Made by a program: the position numbers and the translations under genes. Shown one piece after another: positions 15,330-29,010 of a stretch of 64,000 nt of DNA. Below the pieces are notes generated by a model, which had not been told where the DNA came from, did not search any database, and saw only the letters and a list, made by a program, of their open reading frames with translations. Positions within the stretch are counted from its first letter, which is position 1. The number at the start of each line of letters is the position of its first letter. The DNA comes from Octopus sinensis (lineage: Eukaryota), in NCBI RefSeq assembly GCF_006345805.1, contig NC_043001.1:113708001-113772000 (forward strand), written 5' to 3'.

Positions 15330-16040
15330 CAGCAGTCATACGCCAGATGACACCATGCGGTTGTAAAACTATAAGATGAAACAAAATATGCAGACCACTG
15401 TGTAGTGTTGACTGTGAAAGGAATGATTTTCATTATAAGTCTGACCCAGGGCTAAACGAAACTGACGTCATTGTCGGCGTGCTCCATGAAGGCTAAACTG
15501 GGATCAAACATCAACTACAGCAACACGTTTGGCGATAAGTCTAGCTTGGGTTTGAACGCCGAGAGCTTTGGTCGTAGTTCTGCCCTACCAAGGCTAACTA
15601 GGGGTTAGACAACGATGCCTTTCATCATAATTCTGCCCAATCGAGGTCAATAATAGGTTTAAGCAACTACAACACCACCTGTGATCATGAGCCTGCTCTG
15701 TCCTATCTAACTTGGTTTAGACATTCATCATACGTCATTTTGTCTTTCAAGGTTAACTTGCTGATTTACAAGTAAACCTTTCATCGTAGGATGAATGGAA
15801 CAGGTTAGATCTGTGGGTAAACAACAATATTTTTAGTTATAAGACTGCTGGATCAAGACTGACACGGAAGTAACCAACAATAGCCGCAGCGCTGATCATA
15901 GGTCTGTAGGAAAAAGATTGATCTTGGGCATAAAAAGACAAAATGCATTTTTGAGAATGAAAGCTTATGTGGAACTCACCAACATCAATAATCGCACAAC
16001 CCAGTACTCGCGGCTATGTAAGTTTAGCACTGTAATCCTA
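15330..16040 (+). mobile_element. Highly decayed Gypsy-like pol relic (RNase H / integrase zinc finger)
   Basis: Frameshifted motif remnants: TCDHEP (cf. TDHKP), ER(E)ALVVV, and LG(I/H)KKTK..LRMKAY (cf. integrase HxGxxKTKxxLR). The matches are weak. Confidence 0.35.
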
Positions 16041-16659
16041 AAACAAAACGCATATATTAATAAATAGTAACTATCTTTAAGAACAGCAAAACGTAAATCA
16101 GAAATAAATGAAGTAAATTAAAAATGTTACAAATCCTCACCGTGGCAAACGCTTTCCTTTTATGCTATTGATGGGCAGAAAAAAAGAGGGAGGGAATCTT
16201 CTGACATTCCTCTCCGACCAGCAGCACAGATTAGATTTTATACAAAGCAGGCATTAATTAGACTAGGGCCGAAGTGGACAGTGTTATTTTCACATTTGTA
16301 CATTTGACAACTCGGTAGTAATTTTTAAAATTATTTGTTCTTCGCACAGCACAGCGGTAATCAAAACAGATTTAGCTCTGATTTAGATAGCAGCATTTTC
16401 TGTGTTATTTATTAATTTAGGAGGAAAACCGGGTGCTCCTTCTTAGGGTGCCTGACATAAAAATCATGATACGGTCCGTCATATTATTTGTTTACTTTTC
16501 CGCACATCAATAGCACGGAAGAAATGCGTTTCCATTATTATTTAACACACAGAAAGGCTTTGTAAATACTTTAAAAGGCTGTTATATCACACACGTAAAT
16601 GCTCCTCAGACACAGACATAGAGGCTCATATATTTACATTTATCTATCAATCTATCTAT

Positions 16660-16890
16660 TCATGCATACATAACTACATACATACATACATACATACATA
16701 CATACATACATACATACATTCATACATACATACATACATACATTCATACATACATACATACATACATACATACATACATACATACATACATACATACATA
16801 CATACATACATACATACATACATACATTCATACATACATACATACATACATACATACATACATACATACATACATACATACATACATACA
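16660..16890. repeat. (CATA)n microsatellite
   Basis: Direct reading; abuts the 3' end of the RTE fragment. Confidence 0.97.
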
Positions 16891-17288
16891 TGATGGCTGC
16901 CCCCTCGTTATCGAGTATGGCGATTGCACGAAGCTTAACTGTTACTGGTGCTGTGATCGAATGTGACTTTTTAGCCCAGCTAAAGATCTACAATATCTTG
17001 TACAAAATTGGCAACTAAAACCTTTATTGGTATTAGCCGGCTATGTACCTTTGCATGTCGTTTAAGTCCTCCTGCCTAATTACACTCTCTTCCACATGCC
17101 CGGCAGATATGATTAGTATAGTGTGTTACACCATCACTAGTTGTCACTCATCTGTCCCGCTTTATTACTACAAAGATGACTCTTGAGTCCAGCTTTACTG
17201 AGGCAGGGTCTTGCACAGACATTGCATGTCAGCATCAAAGGAAGACCCTTCCCTTCTGGAAGTGTAACAGCGATGCCCTTCCTGACAT
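16891..17288 (-). mobile_element. 3' fragment of an RTE-clade LINE
   Basis: The minus strand encodes LTCNVCARPCLSKAGLKSH, the C-terminal C2H2-like motif typical of RTE/BovB ORFs. A short 3' UTR runs into (TATG)n. Confidence 0.65.
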
Positions 17289-17382
17289 CATACATACATA
17301 CGTACATACATACACACATGCAAGTTCAGGTTTATATTTGTAATTATTTAAGTACTGGGATTTGCAACACAGTCTATAGAAA

Positions 17383-17716
17383 CTAGAGAAATTAGACTTC
17401 TCAAAACCAGAAAGGAGAAAGCTGATTCCAAGGCTTACAGATCTAAGCCATCACTGGAACTGTAAATATCTGTAAAACTATCCAGAACTTTATCATTTAA
17501 GTATTCATGAGCATGTCTAGACATTCAAGTATATGCATGAGAAGACATACACAAAACAAAACATACATACATACATACATACATACATACATACATACAT
17601 ACATACATACAAAAATACCCTGCTGATAGTGAAATTCCAATGAAGGAGCCTTGAATCTAGGTTAGAAAACCGCTCTTTCTCTATTAGCAAAAAATCTTGA
17701 AATAAAACTGAATAAT
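17383..17716 (+). mobile_element. Second copy (3' end) of the RLE-type element at 9741-10570
   Basis: Aligns by eye with the reverse complement of 9741-10090 on both sides of the internal (CATA)n at about 17570-17610. Confidence 0.8.
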
Positions 17717-17987
17717 GTCACACACGCATACAGATACATACACACACATACATCCACGCGCATTTATCATCATAACAAACAGACAAATGGTTTTAAATTT
17801 TGCGACAGTTGTTATGGATTACGCCATACTTTATGTAAGATCTGATGCTCATCAAGCAATATTTAAAATATAGTAAAAGCAATTCAAATGTGTCGGTGTT
17901 TATCTAGCTATCTGTTAACCTACTTACCTATATACCTAGCAAAATTGAGGTGCATACTACTAAGATACATACAAAGACACACAACGG

Positions 17988-18020
<33 letters not shown>

Positions 18021-20293
18021 ATATACATATCAAAGTAAATAAATGTTACAACGAAGTACCGATATTTACTAGAAAATAGCGATCGTAATAAATACGACGC
18101 TATTGTATAGCTTCACTGCGTATATACTAGTAAAGACGTGTGTGTGTGCAACAAACATGAAAAAAATTTGTCTTACCTCTAGGAAGAACATCTGAAAAAT
18201 GAAAAACCTAGAAACGGATAATGCAGTACCGGTTTCAGTCTCTTCAAATACGTTTGCCAACGTAGATTTGATTTGTCTTCATCAGCTGCATATACCTCGA
18301 CAAAATTTCAAATGTTGCCACATCTATGCCAGTACACTCGTCTGAACGCCAAAACGTTAATAGAACGAGAACATGTATGTATGTGTATATATAAACGTGT
18401 GTATGTGTGTATGTGTGTATATATACATATACATAAATACAAACACACACATACGTATATGTGCTTGTGTGTATAAGAATGTATACAATACGACAGGCTT
18501 CTGTACGTTTACTAAATCGTACTCCAAATAGGTGCGTTAACTAATTCTAAGTTAAGAAAATACATTTGCCCAAGGTGTAGCGGAGTAGCGGAGTAGGCCT
18601 GAACGTTGCAACAGGTATTTGCGAAGCTCTTAACTCTGCTTATCACAGGTGAATAGTAAGACGATTTATAATACAGTTCTGTTAACATTTGTTTCTCTTC
18701 TGCACAATGTTACGAATATTTGATGGAGTAGTGTTTTTGATTAGAACAACCTTCACTATGTTACTGATATTTTGAGAGCCAATTAGGGAACCTTAGTTTA
18801 GAAACATGATAAGCCATTGTGGTTCCATGTATTCCCAATACCGGGGAAGTTCTGTAGACTTAACGCTGCTGCTCAACTTTGATCTTTGTGACATGAGAAA
18901 TTGGCGAAGAATATGTCAGAGAAACCTCTCAATTAGAATTATCAAGCAGAAGGCACGGCATGATGAGTGCAATTTGAAACTGCAATATATTAAGATGATG
19001 TAAAACAAAGAAAGAAAATAAGTTGCTATTCGTGTCTGCATATGGTGTTCAGGTCACTGTGGTACTCAATGAATTGCTTTTTTTCGGAAAATACAGGTGT
19101 CTCACATAGAAGAAACGCTAGGTTAAGTTCACTGAAAGATGAAAAATAAATGATTAAATAAATTATGGCTATCCAAAACGATGTTAATATAAGTCCATAA
19201 CGTTTTTCTATTTTAGGAATATATCCAACAAGCAGCATTTTCTAATTTGAATCGGTTTGAGGAAAATTGCTGGGCAAAAAAGGATTTTAATAATTTAGAC
19301 ATCAGGATATTTCTATGTATGCATAAATATAAAAGTGGATTGTTTGCAATAATCCAGATTTAGCATATTATTACTACTAGCGACAGGGTGAAGAAATTTT
19401 TAAGTTAATAGAAAATATTCTGATAATAATATAACCTTCGTTATATGACATCAGCCACAACAAGAAGCAGCGTGTTTAATATGTCATAATTGTTGTTGAC
19501 GGATCATGCAAACCGAGTGTCTCAGTATTCAAACTGGGCGTTATGAGTGTTGTGGAATGTCAAATCATGTTGCCAAGTGTTGCTAATGTCTGCGTTCAAC
19601 ATCAATGGCGCTTCTGAAGAACATGACAATATCATCGATATAACTCTTAATGAAATTAAAGACATCTATCGTAGATTGAATGTTGTTTCAATAAGATGCA
19701 GCCCAATTTGCTTAGCTACTCTCTATTCGTTCATTGATAACATTTGCTTGACGTTAATTAATCAATGAAGAATTTTAATAACATATGTCAGTTCAGTATC
19801 GATAGCAAATTGAACTGAAATTGGTTAGTTTACATGCAACAATAATTTTACATACAACAATAATCAGGAATTTGTGATCAAAGATTCCATTTGACTTGGA
19901 TTAATTGGACGGAACATATCATGGTACATTTTTGCTTTAAAAATTCTCTTCCAATCGCGAAGGGTTTGATAGCGTTACAGGAAGAAGCCCAAGTAGAAGA
20001 TGACTGCTGTTCATAAAATATCTTTCTAATTTACGGAGGTTAAGAAACGGTTTAGTGCATTGGTGCATTAACAACATTGACATTGCGTCTATATATTTCA
20101 CTTGTGGTATGGACGAGAATGAACTATGTGTACAGACTAAAAGTTCGCCTAAATACAAATATCGATACATATGCTTACCCTGTACCAACTATTGATTCTA
20201 TATCATCTGGTTCGAACTGAGTGAAGATCCCGGCAATTGTTGACAAAATTTAAATTAAGCAAATGCCATTGTTTAATGCCTCAGAAAAACTAA

Positions 20294-20420
20294 GGCGATG
20301 AACTGGTAGAATCGTTAGCACGCCGGGCGAAATGCTTAGCAGTATTTCGTCTGCCTACGTTCTGAGTTCAAATTCTTCTGGCTGTCTATGTTCTGAGTTC
20401 GCCTGCGTTGACATTTGCAC
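20294..20420 (+). mobile_element. SINE family A head fragment
   Basis: ctggtagaatcgttagcacgccgggcgaaatgcttagcagtatttcgtctgcc...gagttcaaatt matches 1190-1266. Confidence 0.75.
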
Positions 20421-21030
20421 CATACTATACTGATCGTTGAATTTTCTATTGGCATCTATAGGAGACCTTTGGCATGAGTAACCGCTGATCTTCTATACAA
20501 GGGCAAAGATCTTGACTGGTGTTTCAGCCCCGAGATGAATTTTTTGTTTCAAAATGGTCAATCCCGAGGGAGAGAGACCGTAGACTCCAGTCTTTTAGAG
20601 GCATCACTCAACACCGATATTTTACATGCATTGATTTATGTTATCGGAACAAAATCAAGGATACCAGAACGAAATTATTTCATTGAAATGAGGAACGGAT
20701 TGCGGATGTCTCAGGGGAAGAATAAAGAACAAAATAAGAAGAATTAATGAAAGAAACCCAAGTAAGAATCTAATAGACAAGAATGGATGAAGAAAATTGG
20801 AAGAAAGAATCCAAACGAATAAAAAAAAATGAATAATGCAATAAATAAATAAATAAATATATAAATAAATAAATAAATGAATATATAAATAAGACAATAA
20901 ATGGTTCATGGGACAAAAATAGTGAAATATCGTTCTATTTCCGGCTTTAGTTTGGGATGTCTCACATTCGACATTTCCATTGAAACGTTTATCATATTGG
21001 GTTAGTGGTACTGGCATCAACCAATCAATT

Positions 21031-21308
21031 TACACACACATTCACACATGCATACACACATTCGTACATGCATACACACATACATACATACATACATACA
21101 TACATACATACATACATACATACATGCATACATACATACAAACATACATACATAAATACATACATACATACATACGTACGTACATACATACATACATACA
21201 TACACACACACATACATACATACATACATAAATTCATACATACATACATATATACATACATGCATACATACATATATACATACATGCATACATACATACA
21301 TACACACA

Positions 21309-21342
<34 letters not shown>

Positions 21343-21794
21343 CATACATACATACATACATGCATACATACATACATACGTACATACATACATACATACA
21401 TACATACATACGTACATACATACATACACACATTCGTACATACATCCATTCATACATACGTACATACATACGTACATACATACATACATACATACGTACA
21501 TACATACATACATACATACATACATACATACGTACATACAAACATACATACATACAAACATACAAACATACATACGTACATACATACATACATACATACA
21601 TACATAAATACATACATGCATGCATACATACATACATACATACATACATCATACATACATACATACATACATACATACATACACACATTCGTACATACAT
21701 ACATACATACATACATACATACATAATACATGCATACATACATACAAACATACATACATACATACATACATACATACATACATACATACATACA

Positions 21795-21828
<34 letters not shown>

Positions 21829-21995
21829 CATACATACATACATACATATATACATAAATACATACATATATACATACATACATACATACGTACATACATA
21901 CATATATACATACATACATACATACATACATACATACATACATACATACATACATACATACATACATACATACATACATACATACATACATACAT
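21031..21995. repeat. ~1-kb (CATA)n microsatellite
   Basis: Direct reading. Confidence 0.97.
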
Positions 21996-22597
21996 CCATA
22001 GACAGACGTACATACTTACAAACACAAATATATATATCCTTGTTACAAATATGTATGTATGTGTTCATTTGTTTTCTGGTCGTTTGAACTAGAAAATATT
22101 TAAAAGTGCTCAATATATCGTCTTCAGAGACGTGTGGAACATAGTACAACACAATACACGCATTCATTCACAGATACTCACATAATTATTAGCGTAGACG
22201 CAATTGTACACAATTGTTCGCCACATATATAGACTTACGCACAAAGCTGTATTAGATACAGATATATTATGTATATTAGTATAATTCTCTATTCGTTAAT
22301 GAACTCATGCTTAAATGAATTTATGTATAAACGTGCACTCATACATTTATTGTCAGATCTAATTATCAGGTCTGGTTGTTGAGAGCAAAAATGACGAAGG
22401 AGATGATGATGATGACGACGACGATGATGGTGATAGTGGTGGTTGTGGTGGTGATTGTAATGGTGATGATGATGATGACAATGACGCTGGACATGATCAT
22501 GATCGTGATGACGAGGAAGAATGTGGGCAGGATATAAATAAGAACAACGTCAGCAAAACAATAACAGCAAATACGTATAAAAGTAATGATTTACCAG

Positions 22598-22659
<62 letters not shown>

Positions 22660-22989
22660 GCTACTGCTAACTAGCTGGACCCGTGAAAAATTCACGGAGA
22701 ACATTAAAAATATAAAGTATACTAGCCATCTCAATATGGCTAACCATTAAGGGTGGGTGTTACTGTAGCTTGTAGCCCCAGGAGATCATCGTCTCCAGCT
22801 GGCTTTAGGCACACTTTCTGTGCCCTTATGGTATTTGCAAAGGGAGGCCATCTCTCTCTTGCCAACCTAAGTGATACGCACGGACTGCAGTTTCTAGGTA
22901 TTTTGCCTGTCTTCAGCGTACGGCAATCACTGGTTTTCGATGAAGAGAGACCGTTTGCAAATATCTATTGTTTTTCCAGTAACTTTTCG

Positions 22990-24060
22990 TCACTGATTTC
23001 CAAAAACTGTCTGCAAGCAATAATAAATCTCTGAACGAGATGTAAACAGTAACTGCACGACAATTTAGTATAGACCATTGTATAAGGAGTGAAAGGAGAA
23101 CGCTTGCCAAGTATTTGATAAATAGTGATGAAGACCTGCTGCAATATGCCTCGAAAGATATGGTTGTAAATGTAGGTGAAATGATGGGCAAGGAAGAGTT
23201 TTAACCAAAGAGCTGAGGAGAAGAAAAAAGAAGACCTTCTTGAAATGAGAATGCATGGACAGTTTGGAAGGAATTACACAAAGCGTTAAGGATAACACAG
23301 CATCATGGGCAAGGCTTGAGCGAGGTGATTTGAAGTGTACCACCGAAAGCCTGATCATTGCTTCACAAGACCAAGCTTCGTTACCAATTCAGTAAAGTAT
23401 AACAACTATAAAACTTCTGACACCCAGAAATGCAGACTCAGTGGAAAGAGTGTGGGAAATGTGATCCACTTGGTAAGTGGATGTGAGAACCTTGTACAAA
23501 AAGAATACAATAAAGCGTATGTATATTCATTGGCTCTTATGCCATAAATACCAATATGAAGTAACAGAGAACTGGTATGAGCATGTGCCATGTAAAGTTA
23601 TACTGGAGGATGGAAAAATAACGATACTCTGGGACTATGATTTTCAGACGGATCGTGTAATCGAACACCGTCGGCCTGATATTGTCATACTGAATAAGAA
23701 GGACAAATACTGTCAGATCATTGATGTAACCATACCAAATGACATAAATATTGTGAGTAAGAGGTTACAAAATCATCAAGTACTCCGAATTGAAAGTGGA
23801 AATGGCAAGGCTGTATGGAATGCGTGAGGGTAATTTAAAAGTGAAACCAGTGGTGATCGGAGCGTTGGGCTCAATCCCATTGAAACTTCAAAACTTTTTA
23901 AGGGAACTGGAAATCCTATACAAGTTAGATGTCTTGCAAAATGCAGCCTTTTTCGGCACACGAACATCTTAAGGAAAGTATTATCTGTCTGAGGTCCTTG
24001 TTATGACTTGACAGATGACTAAAAACTCCAGTGCATTTTAACCTACATTGTTACGAAGGA
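22990..24060 (+). mobile_element. 3' part of an R4/Dong-like RLE non-LTR retrotransposon, decayed
   Basis: Encodes CRLSGKSVGNVIHLVSGCENL (zinc knuckle), ILWDYDFQTDRVIEHRRPDIVILNKKDKYCQIIDVTIPND (RLE PD..D motif) and PVVIGALG; ends in (TAA)n. Confidence 0.85.
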
Positions 24061-24084
24061 ATGATAATAATAATAATAATAATA

Positions 24085-24143
<59 letters not shown>

Positions 24144-24300
24144 GTAAGAAGAAGAAGAAGGAGGAGGAGGAGAAGAAGAAGAAGAAGAAGAAGAAGGAGG
24201 AGGAGGAGGAGGAGGAGGAGGAGAAGAAGAAGAAGAAGAAGAAGAAGAAGAAGAAGAAGAAGAAGAAGAAGAAGAAGAAGAAGAAGAAGAAGAAGAAAGA
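24060..24300. repeat. Compound (TAA)n + (GAA/GGA)n microsatellite
   Basis: Direct reading. Confidence 0.97.
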
Positions 24301-24737
24301 AAGTAAGAATTAATGCAAGAATTAGAAGAAATAGAAAAAATTAAAGAAGAATTTCTGATTGAAACCCAAGTCATAAATAAATAAATAAAATGTATAACAC
24401 ATATAAACAAGTAAATCTGTATAGAAGTAAGTAGGCACGCGAAAGATAGAAGTAAAAACCTATGAGAATATAGTTGGAAAGAGAATGCTTTATATTGTAA
24501 CACAATATCAGCCCGTTCTTTGCAAGAGAAAATTCTACATTACCAGATTTAATCCGCTTGACTAGATAACTATTAATAGGATTAAGTAATATTTCTCTCT
24601 CTCTTATACGTATATATCATTAGTATTATGATTTGTATGTGTATATTTGTTTTGGTGTTTGGTTTATATTTTCTGTTTGGTTAAATCAAAGAAAAACACC
24701 TAAAACAGTATATATATATGCAAATACGACACACGCG

Positions 24738-24861
<124 letters not shown>

Positions 24862-25199
24862 GTGTGTGTGTGTGAGTGTATGTATGTATATAGAGAAAAG
24901 CCAACGTTAAGAAACAGGATTTAAGAATAAAGTATTATAACAATAATACTATCAAAATAGTAATAAGATAATGTTAATGGCTTCTAATGCTAAGCACAAG
25001 CTCAGCAATTTTTTGAGGTAGATACTGTCGACATCAATATTTAACCGTGGATGGATGAAAAGCAAATTAGACCACTGCGCGTTCTGCGATCATAATGTAG
25101 CATCTCACTAGAAATACCGCAAGGCATTTCTCCCAACGCTCAAATGATTCTTCCAGTTTGCCCTTAATAACGTTTGCAAATTTTAGCAGTTTTTGAGGG

Positions 25200-25560
25200 T
25201 AGGAAGAGGTCGATTGCATCGGTCTCAGTATTTGCTTGGTACTTGTTTCATCGATTTCGAAAGGATAAATGATAATGTCGACCTCGGTGGTATTTGAACT
25301 GAGAATGTAAAAATGTGTGAAACATTGTTTAGTATTTTGTGCGACATGCTAACGATTCTGCCAGGTTGCCATAGGCTATCAAATTTTAGTGGGGTGAAGG
25401 CAGCTAAATCAACCCCATTGTTAAACTAGTCCCGATACTAAGAAACCCGAAAAATTGAAAAGCAAACTCGACCTCGGCACTATTTGAGCTAAGAATACAA
25501 AGAGCCGGAAGAAATGCCGTTTAAAATTATGTCCGACATGTTAACGCTTCGGCTAGTTCG
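25200..25560 (-). mobile_element. Two degraded SINE family A copies
   Basis: Both contain tcgacctcgg..tatttga(a/g)ct and an (gc)taacg..gc(c)ag end, matching the reverse complement of SINE-A. Confidence 0.6.
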
Positions 25561-25619
25561 TCACCAGCACTCGCACAAAAACGAACACGAGGTTACAGAA
25601 AAGTGAGAAAGCAACGATG

Positions 25620-27120
25620 CCAAAAAAAACAAACAAACATGGTAACGATAAAATTTTAACAAGGAAAATGTCTTCGGAATATATTTCTCTTAAAAGAGAA
25701 ATATAGTCATCACTTATAGCAGGGAAGTAAAAGAACGCAGTGGAAGTGAATAGACATAAAATCCTTCACAGAAGAGATTTTTTTAACCGAAGAAAGCATT
25801 TGAACAAGTGTTAGAGACCAACACAACACACAAAAAACTTGCTGAAACGCAATAAGAACCCAGCGGAATGGCATGAAAAAATCCAATGCTTCTGGTTAAA
25901 ATATTTAACAGAGGTACATATGGTGACAGAAAATATTTTAATAAGTTATTAACAGTACCGGAGACTTGGATTTCTAAAAGTAAAATGGTTCTGCACCCCG
26001 AGATTAGCAATTCTGTAGTTTATATAATCTGCTTTTCTGCAACCTACAAAACCTTAACTCAAATAATATCATAGAGTATAAAAAGTCTAGAAAAAGCATT
26101 TTTCCAGAAGAGCAAAGTGGAAGTTTAGTAGCAGTGAAAATCAATTAGTGACCAACAAAGTCATAAAAAATTACTGTTAAGGCGAAGTGAAAGGTTCAAT
26201 CATTGCATAGATTGGCTACCACGAGATTTTTTTTTTTTTTTGACAGCAACCTTTATACATGGATTTTTGAAATATAAGGCGTGAGTAAGGTAGTACAAAT
26301 ATTAAGTAGATTCAATAAGCAAGTCACGAGAAAATAGGAAACAATTCTGCTGATACCAATAAAAGAGTTAATTCAGAAAATAAATATCCCCACTCCCACA
26401 AGGCTTTTTTTTTTTAGTTGGGGCCACATTCGCATCACCTGCCTTGTTATTGCTTCCCTTATTTGCAATAATATCAAAGAAATAGGTAAGCTTCTAAAAG
26501 ACATTTTCAAGATAGCAATGTGCATCGATTCACATGTCTGTATAAACCATTTAATGATAAATAAAATCTTAACTGAAGACTATATTAAGATTATAGGAAG
26601 ATTTGAGTATGGCTGGGACTGACAGCTAGGAGGTCTCTTACACTTTTCTATCTGGCGTTAACACCTTTAACGAATGTGTTAAACAGGACTAGACTGGCAT
26701 ATAACTACCATGAGCGGGCAATTAATCATCTTTTGTATGTGGGCAACCTCAAGTCGTATGCTGCCCATGTTTGCAACTAGACACACTGCTACAGAGAGTA
26801 CACAAATTTAGTGGAGCAGTTATTATGAAATTCGGAGTCAAGGTTACTTTGAAGAAAGGAAAATTATTTAGGAACAGTAGTATCATGTGAGACAAAATAC
26901 CGACTATAAGAGAAATACTACATACGCAAACTTACAAGTATTTCTGAATTAATAACCAGACAGATTAGGAAAAGTAAAGTGTAAGATGGAATAATATGAA
27001 CAAATTACGTCAATACTTAAATCAGAGCCAAATGCCAGAGACAAGGTAATAACCATCAATGTATTAGCTGTCCTAACAATCAGCTATATTCAAAATTTCG
27101 CACTGAAATCTGGCGAAGCT
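25620..27120 (+). mobile_element. Decayed RT region of an R4/Dong-like element
   Basis: Remnants include KIQCFWLKYLTEVH, PETWISKSKMVL, ICFSATYKTLTQII, PEEQ, INHLLYVGNLKSYA (cf. HLLYMDDLKLYA) and NARDKVITINVLAV. There are many stops and indels. Confidence 0.7.
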
Positions 27121-28457
27121 ACAAAGGAGAAATAATGATGACATTTTTAATAGACCATAAGCATTTAGTTTCAGTATTAACTGAACTGTCTACTTGTTAA
27201 GATAAAGTGTAGGGTGGCTGAGTGAACCACAGACGCGTATATAACTTCATTTAACTCTCTAGTAGAATAACCATGACATTGTGACAGCGTGATTGTGGCG
27301 ATGGTATTGATAAAGCTGTTAATGGTGATATTAGAGGGTAGTGTTAGTGGTGGTGGTTGTGAGGTTGATAACGCTAATACCGATGCTATACGGATAATGA
27401 TGGTGATGGTGGTGATTATAGTGATGATAAGAAGATGCTGGCGTTAATGGTAGTTTTAGCGATGGTAATGTTAAAGTGATGGTGGGGGTAAAAGTGTCAG
27501 TTCTTATGTTAAAGTTATAGTGGTGATTGTGATTGTAGTGGTGATGCTGGTGATGTTTAGATGATGATGGTATTTGTGATTGGAATGATATCGATGGTAA
27601 TGTTGCAACAGGAGTGTTGCTGATGGTGTTAGAAATATAACGCTGATGCTAAGTTGTGGTGGTGGTAATGATATTGCTGATGGTAGTGATGGTGAAGAGG
27701 TTAATGCTGATGTTAAAGGGATGATGGTGTGTCAGTGGTGGTGATGATGGAAGTGATGGTGATGCTGGAGGTGATGATATTAATAACAATGCCCATAGAT
27801 GGAGTGCTGACAGTGGTGATGATAGTGTTTGAGTTGGAGATAGAGAGGGAGATACCTTTGCCTTGACATTATTGCAATTGCTTTTGATATTCCTCTGCAC
27901 AAAACATGGAATCATTTCTCAGAATATCTTCAACAATACCATGCCCTAAAGGAACCGATATCGCACATAAAGATTTGGTGCTGTTGTATGGGTTGTTGCA
28001 TTGCCTGTTGTATATGTTCCTGCTTTTGTTGGTGGTGGTCATCTCGCAGAAAAACGAAATTAAAAAGAAAAAGAATAAGAATATTTTTTTTCCGAGTTGT
28101 GGTTAGCGTAGGCTTGGATTTGGATCCATAGCGGCTGTGAATGTTATATATTTCTCTAAAACATTGGATAAATTATGTGTTCTTCAAAATTGTAAGGCAG
28201 TATGGTACGATTTAAGAGAAGTTTCCATTTCTAGCAAACTGAGCAACGCGTAGAAAACTCCATTTTACATCTTAATAAATTTTAAAGGATAAGAAAAAAT
28301 TACAACGTTTCAAGCTATGGTCGTCGAGAGGCACAGGAAAGTTATAGTTCCGTGTTCTCTTACCTGAGAATCATGGAGATTGTACTACTTTCTTGTGATT
28401 TTCGATTTTGTTATAGTGAATATAGTTTATTACTCTACTTTTCATGCCAATTTGCCA

Positions 28458-28496
<39 letters not shown>

Positions 28497-28924
28497 TTAA
28501 GCAATAATTATTATCTTGCTATACAAGTAACAGCTATTAACCGAAATGTCGCCTAAATTTATAGCAGGAGCATGTTATTGATGGGTCAACATTCGAATCT
28601 GAAATAAATTTCCATTCTTGAATTCTGTATTCATACGTATATTCACAGCTAGGTTTGAATGCAAATGAACTTCTCTCCCTCAAGATACTGACTAGTGTTG
28701 TGAAGCAAAGCAGTCTCCGCAAGGAATGGATAATTAAATGAAAATGAATACAAATTATCATTAAAGACTAGAATCTAAATTCAATATCAGATAACTAAGT
28801 AAATACCACTCTATAAGGAAGCTTTCGATTTTCTAGTCTGCCTCTTTCTCTTTGACATACCGTATCTGTTTTCCATTCTATAGTTCCCTCTTTTCATTCA
28901 TACCTTCCCTCTGTCTCACCTCTC

Positions 28925-28960
<36 letters not shown>

Positions 28961-28964
28961 CCTA

Positions 28965-29010
<46 letters not shown>

